NCBI GenBank assembly: GCA_029553365.1
Contig: JAKPCG010000106.1
Span: forward strand, 67,130-125,127
DNA: 57,998 nt
DNA from: Acidobacteriota bacterium
Lineage (GTDB): Bacteria; Acidobacteriota; Aminicenantia; Aminicenantales; Saccharicenantaceae
Direction of reading: 5' to 3'
Part shown: positions 10,115 through 19,400 of the stretch, one piece after another
Numbering within the stretch: the stretch's first letter is position 1
How the letters are laid out: each line of letters begins with the position of its first letter
The notes under the pieces: model-generated
Told to the model about the DNA's origin: nothing
What the model saw: the letters and a program-made list of their open reading frames with translations, nothing else
Database searches by the model: none
Translations under genes and position numbers: made by a program

Positions 10115-10216
10115 TAGATATGGATGATGACGGTCAAGACGGTCAAAAGTTTTCTGGCTGGCCTGGGGTCGGTGAAAAGGGCAACATAAAAGCTAATATT
10201 TTCTGCTGAGTTAGAC

Positions 10217-10699
10217 ATGCTTGAAACAGTTTTGTTAGTTGCCGGTTCTTTGCTTCAGCTGCTTGGTTTAGCCGGAAGCATTTTACCCGTACTGGCCGGT
10301 CCTCCTCTTAATTTTCTGGGTATTATTTTGCTTGGCCTGGCCCGGGGCTGGGAGACTTTCAGCCGGCCACTATTGTTTAGCCTGGCAGCTCTGACCATTG
10401 TTTCTGTTTTTGTTGATTATTTTCTGCCAGTCAGGGGGGCGAAAAAATATGGTTCCACCAGCTGGGGAAGCTGGGGTGCCTTTTTTGGAATGGTTATCGG
10501 CGTCTTTTTCTTTCCGCCTTTTGGTTTGATCATTGGAGCCCTGGCCGGAGCTATCAGCGGCGAGTTACTGGCCGGCAAAAGTGAATCTTCTGCTCTGAGA
10601 GCCGGCTGGGGAGTTTTGCTGGGCTATTTTGTCTCTCTACTTGTAAGACTCATTGCTTCTGGCCTGATGACTTTTTTTTATTTCAGGGCTTTGTTTTAG
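10217..10699 (+). CDS. DUF456 family integral membrane protein
   Basis: 160-aa ORF that is almost entirely hydrophobic, with about 4 TM segments. It has 'GAKKYGS' and 'GLIIGALAGAISGE' glycine-rich helices typical of DUF456. Confidence 0.65.
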   Translation: MLETVLLVAGSLLQLLGLAGSILPVLAGPPLNFLGIILLGLARGWETFSRPLLFSLAALTIVSVFVDYFLPVRGAKKYGSTSWGSWGAFFGMVIGVFFFPPFGLIIGALAGAISGELLAGKSESSALRAGWGVLLGYFVSLLVRLIASGLMTFFYFRALF

Positions 10700-10957
10700 G
10701 TTAGATCAGATCAGATCAGAATGGATTTGCCCTGTGATAATTAGTTTTCTGGAGTGAGATTTCTTCTGAAGCCGGTCTTTTTGGGCATTTATTTGATCTA
10801 TAGGTTGAAAACGGGCGCCTTCTTCCCCGGGACTCCAAAGTCAATACCCTCACTTTCCCTGGCAAACTTTTTGATGTCTAAAAACAGGTACAGATAGAGA
10901 ATTGGCTCTAAGATTTCTGATGCCTTCTAAAACTACAGCGGAGGAGATGGAGCTCGA

Positions 10958-11872
10958 TTAAAGCAGCAGTTCTTGAGCCCAGCCCATGGTCCTTATCTCA
11001 ATATTTTCCAACTGGCTGTGCCCGAGCTTATAAATTTTATCAGCTGCTTCGATCGAAATCGGCGGGGGAGAGATTGGCCAGGGCTCCCCTCTGAGTTCGT
11101 CTCTTTTGGTCTGGATGATCTTCAACCCAACTGCATCGAGAGCAACCGGATCGGTTCCGGCCAGCAGCCCTTTATAAGGCCATCTGTATCTTGGATCAAA
11201 TTGCGGTCCCCGATCACAGACCGGAAGCAGAGCGTCAACAATTATTAACCTGGTTTTCCCTTTGACCGACGGCAGGTGCCAGATCTCGCCCAGCTTGGTG
11301 CTATCTTCATAATGATAATTTCGGGGGGCGCCAGAATACAGGATGTAATTTTTTATCACTGTGCCGATTCCGGTCAGCCAGTGGGCCTTTAGACCAGGCA
11401 GGGAAATCAAAGCGGTGATAGAGCCAAGATCAACTGAGCGTCCCTGGGCCAGCCTGATATTCGCCTCGGGCAGACCGATCGCCAGCAAAGATTCCTGGAC
11501 GATTTCCAGGAGTTCATTATGGGTCGGGTTCATGACCGAGGTTGGTACCAGCCCGACGACATCTTTTGGACTGAAAAGTTTTAACCAGGCCTTTTTCATT
11601 TCCTTTTCGCCCGTCAGAGCAGTCATGACCTCTCCAACCATGGCTTCCATAACTTTTTTATCTACTTTCTGGCTGCTGTCAAGAACATGTTCATTGCGGA
11701 CAACAAGAACCAGGCTTTTCTGGTCGGCAGCTGATTTGATCCCCATTTTTCCAGTCCCGGCTTTGAGCCAATCAGGCAGCACAGTCAGGCCCAGGGCCGT
11801 AGCTGCCGTCCCGCGCAGAAAGTCTCTCCTGGTTATAACTTCTTTTTTAATCTTCACTTTTCTTTCCTCCAT
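10958..11872 (-). CDS. Tat-signal DUF362 domain protein
   Basis: 304-aa ORF with an N-terminal 'ITRRDFLRGTAATALGLTV' twin-arginine signal. The body resembles DUF362. It lies 4 nt downstream of the preceding same-strand gene, so the two are likely an operon. Confidence 0.65.
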   Translation of the reverse strand: MEERKVKIKKEVITRRDFLRGTAATALGLTVLPDWLKAGTGKMGIKSAADQKSLVLVVRNEHVLDSSQKVDKKVMEAMVGEVMTALTGEKEMKKAWLKLFSPKDVVGLVPTSVMNPTHNELLEIVQESLLAIGLPEANIRLAQGRSVDLGSITALISLPGLKAHWLTGIGTVIKNYILYSGAPRNYHYEDSTKLGEIWHLPSVKGKTRLIIVDALLPVCDRGPQFDPRYRWPYKGLLAGTDPVALDAVGLKIIQTKRDELRGEPWPISPPPISIEAADKIYKLGHSQLENIEIRTMGWAQELLL

Positions 11873-11875
11873 TAC

Positions 11876-12922
11876 TCAGGTGCTTTTAATTGTTTTAAAG
11901 TTCAGCTGACTGAAAATATCAGTAACCGCTTTCTGGTCTGGACATTCAAAGGCAAAAGCCAGATAGTTACCGAACAATGTCCAGCCCAGCCAGCCATCTT
12001 CAACCCTGGTACTGCCTGTTTTGAGCAAACCCGGACTGAGGTCAACCTGATCTGTCTTTTCGGGCAAATACGATTGAAAGAAAGAGGTAAGAGCAGCCAG
12101 TGCAGCTGGAGCTTCGGGATAATGGATGACAATAAGTTTAGCCAGCTGGCTCCCGGGCTGTCTTTCCTTTTTTTCAAAGCAAATGAACAAGCCTTCGGTG
12201 GAGTGATTCAAATTTAGAATATTTTCATGACTCAGGTAATAAAGCGAGTTTAGAACCAGATGTGAATGAAAATAGGCGGTTCTATCCGGTCGTATTTTCC
12301 AGGCAGAGTCGGTGGAAGGAACAACGACGTCGAGTATAGCCGGTGGAGGCTGAGCGGGGCTTTTGCCGGCCAGGATTTTTCCCAGCTTTAAAATTGTCTC
12401 CCTGACATCAGGTGTTTCTCTCGAAGCTAATATTCGGAGATAAAGACTATCAGCTCTGGCCCGCAACAATCCCTCACCATATAAAGCGGTGTAATCCGGG
12501 CAAACGGGGTTTTCGGACCGGACAGCAGGAGCGGAGCTCAGGTTGACGGGTTCACCCGTCCAGTCGAGAGACAGCAGGCCAAACGTCTCATCAGGGGTTT
12601 CCATCTGGTAGATTTCGACCAGCATCTCTTCCTCGGGTTCCCTGTTATAACGGTAAACCAGGAGACTTTTGAATTTATAGGCCAGGTAAAGCTCGCCGCC
12701 GCCATCCATATAATCAAAGATGGTAGTGTGGTCAATTCTCTGAGGCGGTCCCTCCACCTTCCAGCCATCAATGGTTTCCGGCAGATTAATCTCCTGGTTA
12801 CTGTGCATCTCTGGAACTCCTCTTGCCCAGGTCGAAAATAGACAGAACAAAATTAAAAGAGTCAACAGGCGGGAACCAATGGGCAAATTATATATATGTT
12901 TGCTCCTCATGTCTGATTCCAT
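11876..12922 (-). CDS. hypothetical secreted protein
   Basis: Long minus-strand ORF. The start is probably ATG 12922 or 12910, giving a signal peptide (MRSKHIYNLPIGSRLLTLLILFCLFSTWARG). The ORF-track start at 13003 adds a non-signal extension. I recognise no family motif. Confidence 0.6.
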   Translation of the reverse strand: MESDMRSKHIYNLPIGSRLLTLLILFCLFSTWARGVPEMHSNQEINLPETIDGWKVEGPPQRIDHTTIFDYMDGGGELYLAYKFKSLLVYRYNREPEEEMLVEIYQMETPDETFGLLSLDWTGEPVNLSSAPAVRSENPVCPDYTALYGEGLLRARADSLYLRILASRETPDVRETILKLGKILAGKSPAQPPPAILDVVVPSTDSAWKIRPDRTAYFHSHLVLNSLYYLSHENILNLNHSTEGLFICFEKKERQPGSQLAKLIVIHYPEAPAALAALTSFFQSYLPEKTDQVDLSPGLLKTGSTRVEDGWLGWTLFGNYLAFAFECPDQKAVTDIFSQLNFKTIKST

Positions 12923-13112
12923 TCTAACTTGACTCAATTTTATAATCCAGAGAAATTTAAGAAACTTCCTGGATGGAATAAAGATAAAATTTCCGGTGGC
13001 CATCAGACTGCTTACTTATCTTGTTTATGGTCAAAGAATCATGTCTGTCCGGGTCTCTGATCTCCAGTGATGACGAGAACTCACCGGCCAAGCAAAAGCG
13101 AATTTGAGCTGC

Positions 13113-13364
13113 TCAGCGGGCCTTTCTTCTAAATAAGCTGATAATGAAAAGGATGATAAGAGCTCCGATTATAGCCCCGATAAAACCGGCCGTCTCTCCT
13201 GGCTCATAAATTTTCAGAAACTGACCCAGATAAGTGGATAAAAATGAGCCAGCAATGCCCAGCAAGGTGGTCATGATCCAGCCCATATTTTCTTTACCGG
13301 GAAAGATCAATTTAGCGATAACTCCGGCAGCCAGTCCAAGAAGGATTGTCCAGACAATGTGCAT
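13113..13364 (-). CDS. GlsB/YeaQ/YmgE family (transglycosylase-associated) stress membrane protein
   Basis: 83-aa ORF with three TM helices rich in glycine (GLAAGVIAK, LLGIAGSFL, GAIIGALIIL). Size and pattern are typical of the family. Confidence 0.78.
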   Translation of the reverse strand: MHIVWTILLGLAAGVIAKLIFPGKENMGWIMTTLLGIAGSFLSTYLGQFLKIYEPGETAGFIGAIIGALIILFIISLFRRKAR

Positions 13365-13421
13365 AACACCATCCTTTCTGGTCCAATTTTTCTTGTTATT
13401 ATTTACTTTGCCAGCAATATT

Positions 13422-13449
13422 TTGACCGGCCGGGCATTGGTTTTATAAT
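13422..13449 (+). promoter_or_regulatory. candidate sigma70-type promoter (TTGACC-16 nt-TATAAT)
   Basis: TTGACC at 13422-13427 and TATAAT at 13444-13449 with a 16-nt spacer. It sits about 90 nt upstream of the 13536 CDS. Sequence match only. Confidence 0.4.
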
Positions 13450-13535
13450 CTGGACTTTATCTGTTACAATAATCAAAAATCGGAACAGGTGGCGGTGCAT
13501 ATTGACATCGCCCTCAGATAAACAAGAATTGGCTG

Positions 13536-14132
13536 GTGAGGATGGCCATCTTCAAATCAACCAAACCGGAGAGCCTGGCTAGTGGAGCCAATCTGATTAC
13601 ACTTCTTCGCTTGTTTTCTTCGCTTCTGTTTTTCTTCCTGGCTGCTGTCTATCACCGTGAACTGTATAATTATCTCGGTCTCGGTCTTCACTGGCTGGGC
13701 GACTGGCTGGACGGCTTCTGGGCTAAAACCTTTAAACAGAGAACAATTCTGGGAGCAGAGATAGACATTATCGCCGATCGGGTGGAAAGCCTCTTTTTCT
13801 TTATCAACTTCATTTCTTTCCATCCAGCCCTGGTTTTGCCTGTTGCTCTTTACATGCTAAACTTTGCCTTTATTGACTTTTATTTGAGCTATCAATTTAT
13901 TAAGTTTGATCTAATTTCAGTTGATTTTTTTTATCTGGTTGACCAAAAAGTTTTCAAGTTTAATTTCAGTCAACCAGGTAAATTTGTTAATTCAACTGTT
14001 ATTCCCCTTCTCCTCATCTTTTTGCCGCAGCTCTGGCCCCTGACTCTAATTCTGACGGCCGGGCTGATCTGGATTAAAATTGATTCAATTCTTATTTTGA
14101 GAAAAAAGAAAATTCAGGCTATTCAGATCTGA
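13536..14132 (+). CDS. CDP-alcohol phosphatidyltransferase family membrane protein
   Basis: 198-aa hydrophobic ORF. 'GDWLDGFWAKTFKQRTILGAEIDIIADR' fits D-x2-D-G-x2-A-R...G-x3-D-x3-D. The start is GTG 13536 or ATG 13542. Confidence 0.65.
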   Translation: MRMAIFKSTKPESLASGANLITLLRLFSSLLFFFLAAVYHRELYNYLGLGLHWLGDWLDGFWAKTFKQRTILGAEIDIIADRVESLFFFINFISFHPALVLPVALYMLNFAFIDFYLSYQFIKFDLISVDFFYLVDQKVFKFNFSQPGKFVNSTVIPLLLIFLPQLWPLTLILTAGLIWIKIDSILILRKKKIQAIQI

Positions 14133-14271
14133 ATTAAGATTTAATTTCTGGTTGTAGCCACTGCTGGACTGATATCAAAGTATTAAATCCTCTTCTGTTT
14201 TTAGCCAGTTGTTGTTAGCAGCCCGACTGATTGAGGGGTAAGTCAGTTGACTGGCCTGGCTGACTTTTCTG

Positions 14272-16290
14272 CTAATCAATATAGCCGAGGGAGCGGAGTT
14301 TCTCTTTTTCAGCCGGGCTTATCCAGCGACGTTGACTTTTGAATACCTTTTGTCCCGCTAGATTTATTATTTTATGGAGAGAGGTCAGCAGCTTCATCGT
14401 TTCTTCGGGATAAGTGGCTGACAGATCGTTTTTTTCCTGAGGGTCATCGGCCAGATTATAGAGCTCCGTCACTTCCTCTGAACTAAAAACCGAATGGATG
14501 ATTTTCCAGGGGTAACTGACGAGCGACCAGGCCCGTTGAGAACCCTGAGTTAGTTCTGAACAGATTGGTTGTTTTTTCTCCGGCTCTCTTCCCTCACCAA
14601 GGGCCTGGCTCAAATCCTCTCCTTCCAGAGGATAAGCTAAGCTGATGACCTCATTCAGGCCAAGTAGATAGAATAAGGTTGGAAATAAATCCAGCAGGGA
14701 AACTGTTGTGCTGATTTTCAGGCCGGCAGGTAACCAGCCTTCTCCGCACATGATGAGTGGAACGCGAATGAGCTCCTGATAGAGGGAATGCCCATGACCC
14801 CAACCACGGTGATCAAAGAATTCTTCACCATGATCAGCGGTGACAAGGAGCAGCGTATCTTTTAATTTATCTTCAGTCTGGAGAAATTCAAGCAGCTGGC
14901 CGAGCCAGTAATCATGGTAAGCAATCTTGGCGTCATAAAAAGCTATCATCTTTTGCCGGTCGGCTTCAGCTATCTCCGGACCTGATCTAAATGGTAAAAA
15001 CAATCCCAGTCCTTGAGGAAAAGTCGTTGGCCAGCTCTGGCTTTCTGGTAGGTTTTCTTCTGGCCAGAATTTTTTGATGAAGGCAGTTGGAGCCAGATAA
15101 GGGGCATGTCCTCCTTCCAGATGAGCCAGCAGGAAAAATGGCTTATGGGCATGATTTTTAATCCAGTTGGTCACTCTCGAAGTCATGGCTTCCGGGTCAG
15201 TTGAGGCCAGCTCGGTTTCTCCAAAGCTAAGAGTAGCCAGTTTCTGGCTCAGAAGATAAACTGGTTTTAGTCCCTGGCTGACCACCGGCAGGCGCCTAGA
15301 GCGGTCGAGAATATGACCAAAAATCGTCTTATAGGCTTTTACGGAGAATTCGTCCGGGGCAAAAAAACGGTCCAGACCTTTATTGTATCCATAGGCCGGT
15401 GAGAAATATGGATTAAAGGAAAAAGCCGCCGTATTATACCCGAGGGTCTTAAAAACCTGAGGCATAATGATGAGGCTCGATGGAAGATAGGAGGTGATGT
15501 CATTCATCTGGTGGGAGGTGGGCAGTGTCGAGGAAAGAAGTGAAGGTATGGATTCGACTGTATGAGAAGAAGCAGCTATGGCCTGTTCAAACAATATTCC
15601 CCGGCTGGCCAGTTGATCCAGAAAAGGGGAAGTTTGGCGAGGATAACCATAGCAGCTTAAATGATCGGCTCGAACGGCATCCCAGACGACGAGGACAACG
15701 TTTTTAGCTGATTGTCCGGAAACAGGGGTTAAAGCCTGTTCTTCATTCCCCAGCCTGTGCTGGCGGATATTAGTCTGGGTCAAAAGTGCCACCAAACCAG
15801 CCAGTAAAACAGCCAGGTGAATAGCCAGATAACTTTTCCAGAAGAGATTAAATGATGGTGCCTTTTTTTTGAACTTTCGCCCGAGAAGAACAAGGCCAGC
15901 CACAGCCAGAATGAAAATAATGGCATTTAAGGCAATAGCCGACCGGTTCAGAATGCCTGCGAAAATATAAATATTGATAAAACCCTGGCCTAAAAGCCAG
16001 GCAGCAAAATAACAGAAGATAATAAACCAGGCTAAACAATTTGTTTCCTGTGGTCTTCTCCTGACAGCCAGCCAGATAGTCCAGGCCAGGCCGGCAGCCA
16101 GGCCGATGACCAGCCAGAGCAAACCGTGCCAGATGGCAATACCAGCCAGGTCGGTGAAATCAAAAATTGAGTTTCCCTTCAGCCTTTCAAGAAGAACATT
16201 CCATTCACCCAGACATATTCCGCCCAGCAAGCCACTTAAGGGACCTACCAGGAGCGGGGTGAAACCCAGATGCTGTCGTTTTGCATTCAT
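14272..16290 (-). CDS. membrane-anchored sulfatase-like (alkaline phosphatase superfamily) hydrolase/transferase
   Basis: 672-aa ORF with about 5 N-terminal TM helices. These are followed by 'VVLVVWDAVRADHLSCYGYPRQTSPFLDQL' (sulfatase N-terminal metal site) and 'VTADHGEEF...GHGHS'. Confidence 0.8.
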   Translation of the reverse strand: MNAKRQHLGFTPLLVGPLSGLLGGICLGEWNVLLERLKGNSIFDFTDLAGIAIWHGLLWLVIGLAAGLAWTIWLAVRRRPQETNCLAWFIIFCYFAAWLLGQGFINIYIFAGILNRSAIALNAIIFILAVAGLVLLGRKFKKKAPSFNLFWKSYLAIHLAVLLAGLVALLTQTNIRQHRLGNEEQALTPVSGQSAKNVVLVVWDAVRADHLSCYGYPRQTSPFLDQLASRGILFEQAIAASSHTVESIPSLLSSTLPTSHQMNDITSYLPSSLIIMPQVFKTLGYNTAAFSFNPYFSPAYGYNKGLDRFFAPDEFSVKAYKTIFGHILDRSRRLPVVSQGLKPVYLLSQKLATLSFGETELASTDPEAMTSRVTNWIKNHAHKPFFLLAHLEGGHAPYLAPTAFIKKFWPEENLPESQSWPTTFPQGLGLFLPFRSGPEIAEADRQKMIAFYDAKIAYHDYWLGQLLEFLQTEDKLKDTLLLVTADHGEEFFDHRGWGHGHSLYQELIRVPLIMCGEGWLPAGLKISTTVSLLDLFPTLFYLLGLNEVISLAYPLEGEDLSQALGEGREPEKKQPICSELTQGSQRAWSLVSYPWKIIHSVFSSEEVTELYNLADDPQEKNDLSATYPEETMKLLTSLHKIINLAGQKVFKSQRRWISPAEKEKLRSLGYID

Positions 16291-16354
16291 TATGTTTTAT
16301 AAATAACAAAACTTATTAAAAGAGACAAATTAAAAAATGGTGGAGAAAATATTC

Positions 16355-16381
16355 TTGACTTTTGTCAGGTATAAATATAAG
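16355..16381 (+). promoter_or_regulatory. possible promoter for the giant-ORF pair (TTGACT ... TATAAG)
   Basis: TTGACT at 16355-16360 and TATAAG at 16376-16381. The spacer is only 15 nt, which is suboptimal. It lies in an AT-rich 196-bp divergent intergenic region. Weak, sequence match only. Confidence 0.25.
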
Positions 16382-16486
16382 TAAGGCAGAGATCAAATTA
16401 AGTGCAGAATTTACACTGCAGAAGGGTTAGGGCATAACTTCCCAAATAAAAGAGAATTAGTCTGCTTATCTGTTGAGGAGGGCAAG

Positions 16487-19400
16487 ATGTCTGATGCTCA
16501 CCTTAAGAAAGCTGACCAGTCAGGCGAGAAGCCAAAGACGCCAGCTATAACCAGAAGAAAGTTTTTATCTTATGCCGGCGTATTAGGTGCTTCTCCTTTT
16601 GTCGCGCAGCTGCCAAAAGTTCAGAAAAAAATAGTCAGCCAGGCGAAAATTTATATCCAGCCGGCGGGGCTGATTTTTAATGTCCTGAGACCGGACGACT
16701 TACTCTGCCTGGATTTCGAGTTTATTAATTTTAAGGTACTCAATCTACCCAGGCCTCATCTGGTTAAAGAGAATCGTCAGCAGCCTGCTTATATGATTGT
16801 ACATTTCCCGCCGCAAAGTGTGGCTGAAAAAGTCTTCTATGAGACGACTCCGGAACTAAAAGATACCGGTCAGCCCGAACTCCCCCAGCCCCCTCCCATC
16901 TTTTCAAGGATATCAGGACCGGCTCGCCTGAGCTTCATCATTCCGGATGAAATCAATGAAATCCCGCTGACGCTTGAATCTCTTTTAGCCTGGCAGCTTT
17001 ATCAGCCCAGCCTGGTCCCGGTGGCACTGCCACCCGATGCTTCCTCCCGGATAACAAGGAGAGTTGCCACTTCTGGAAAAGGGAGTTCTAATTCTGCGGC
17101 CAGATCTGTTCTGGTTGCCAGCGGTCCAGCCGGTCAGAATCTTCATAGTCAGAGAGACCAGCTGGCCCGGGTCCAGTACAGCCAGCTAAACAGGTTGTTA
17201 CTTAAACCTGCTGCCCCGCAGAAAAATCAGACAGCTATTGAGATGCCTTACCGGCTCATCCTGTCACCAAATGTCTACAATATCTGGGTTCATGCGGTTA
17301 AGCCTGTTTCGATTAATGGTTGGACGGAGCTCTGGCAGACGAGACTGGCAGCTCTAAATCCTGATGGCTCGATAAGTGAATCAGATAATCCTTATTTAGC
17401 CCTGAGAGCGGTCTGGTCGCCAGATGTAGATCTGAATAACCTGACCGGCCCTCTTTCATCAGAGGAAGTCCGTCTGCCCCTGACCGCAAATGATCGTCAC
17501 CAGATCGTTCACCTCAGCAGTAATTTTACACTAAAAAAACCTGACCAGAGTCCTTACGAACCGCAGCCTATCCGGGTTAACAGAATGATGCTCAGCTCTC
17601 TTGGAGCCTGGCTTGATTCGATAGGTAACTGGTCTCCGGTTTCACCTCTATCGGTAGTTACCTGGCAACACCTGGCGACAATGGGCCGGGATCATTATGT
17701 CCGGGTTGTCTATAAGGGCTATCTGCTGCCTTTCGGTCATCGAGCCTCCCTTGTTAAGGTAACTGAGAGAAAATTTTATAAGGCCTCAGATGGCCAGAAT
17801 TTTGCCTACCTCCTGCAGAAAATGTATATTGCGGTCAGCCAGCCCGAGAAGACTTTTCCTGCTCCTTTTCAGCCCAACGAAGGTCGGGAAATACCATTTC
17901 GGCTGGTTAAAATTACCAGTCTCCAGACACCACCTCTCGACCGCCCTGAAGATAGCCAGGTTCTTTCCAATTCGGGCCAGAAGGCTTTCTGGCCAAAAGT
18001 CGGCAAAAAAGACTTTCAATTTCAGGTCACGGCAACTGATGTTGAAGGTCATGAAATTGAGTTTCAGCTGCCGATGATGTTTATTGACAATCAATATGCT
18101 TTTGATGTGACCAGCCTGAAGTCCTTAGTTGGAATTTATAATTCTGAGGATGAAGGGGCAGTTAAAAGAAGAAAACCTGACCTTCGCGGGCAGAGTCTAT
18201 CTCTGGCTGCAGAGCGGATGGAAAAAGATACAACCTTTGAGGCCGAGTCTATGACTTTCGAGTTGAGAGAAGCTGTCCAGGCTGGATCCAAACAGGCTTT
18301 TGAGCTGGCCGATCAGCCCATGTGTTTCCCGGCTATGGACAGGGCGGTTATAGCCATTCCGGCTCTGAAAAACCTGCTGGGTTTAGGCCGGACCACTGTC
18401 AGGTTTGCTGAGACGTATATCCAAAATGGTTTCAACCCTTCAGCCAATAAAGGGGAGATTTTTATCCAGATTCTCGAAAACCCACCATTGCTGGATTTTA
18501 CAGCTGGCGGCCGGGCAGAAAAATCAGGTGGCCTGGCTACGCCGAATTTTTATCTGGTCGGGCTATCCAGAATCCTGGGCCCGGTGGGTGGACAGATTGG
18601 TTCGGCTTCGGCTGAACCGCAGCCAGATTGGTCTTCTGGTCCACGAGCAGACGCTGACCAGAAAGTTCTGGATGAAAAGGATATAAAGGAAGCTCTTAAG
18701 GAGGCGGTTGAAGGTAAATTCTATCCGGAAAAATTCTTTGACAGCAAGGCCAAAATACTGGGCGGCATTTTGCTCAAAGATGTGGTTGATAAGGTCGAAG
18801 ATTTTGCCAGTCCAGTAAAAGACGCTCTTGACAAAGGGCAGCAGCTGGCCGGAGATTTGTCTCCGGCTCTCAAAATTAAAACCGAGCCGGTCTTTGAAGG
18901 TAGTGGTCAGCTGCCGGTTGGAGTCAAAACTTTTCTTAAGTGGACACCAGGTCTGCATGACTTTTCTATTTTCATAGCCAGCCGCGACAGGTCTAAATCC
19001 AGGCTCACCCTGAATGTCGAAGCAGTATCCTATTTCAATGGGAAAGAAGCAACTTATCAGGTCAAGGGTGAATTAACTGATTTTACGCTGGACTTGATTA
19101 AAGATATCAAGACTTTTGTCCGGGTCAAATTCTCTCGCTTTACCTTTACCGCCCAGAATGGACAGAAACCAGACGTTAACCCGGAAATTGCCTCTCTGGA
19201 ATTCAGTGGTCCTTTTAAATTCATCGAAGGTCTTCTCAAGGCAATTCCACTCCCTGGTAACTTCGGCAGCCGGTCGGGATTTGGTGGGAAGCCCGTGGTT
19301 AAGGTTGAACCGGAAGGAATTAGACTGGGTTATTCTCTTTCAGTACCTGATGTTGGTTTTGGCGTCTTTAGCCTGCAAAATCTCAAATTCGGCGGTGAAA

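Noticed and set aside
10703-10720. Short tandem repeat (AGATC) x about 3.5 immediately after the DUF456 stop codon
   Set aside because: It is only 18 nt long, with no further copies or spacer structure. That is too short to call a microsatellite locus, CRISPR or regulatory repeat.
11361-11909. 182-aa ORF on the + strand
   Set aside because: It is antisense to the DUF362 gene. Its Ser/Thr/Arg-rich composition is typical of a wrong-frame translation.
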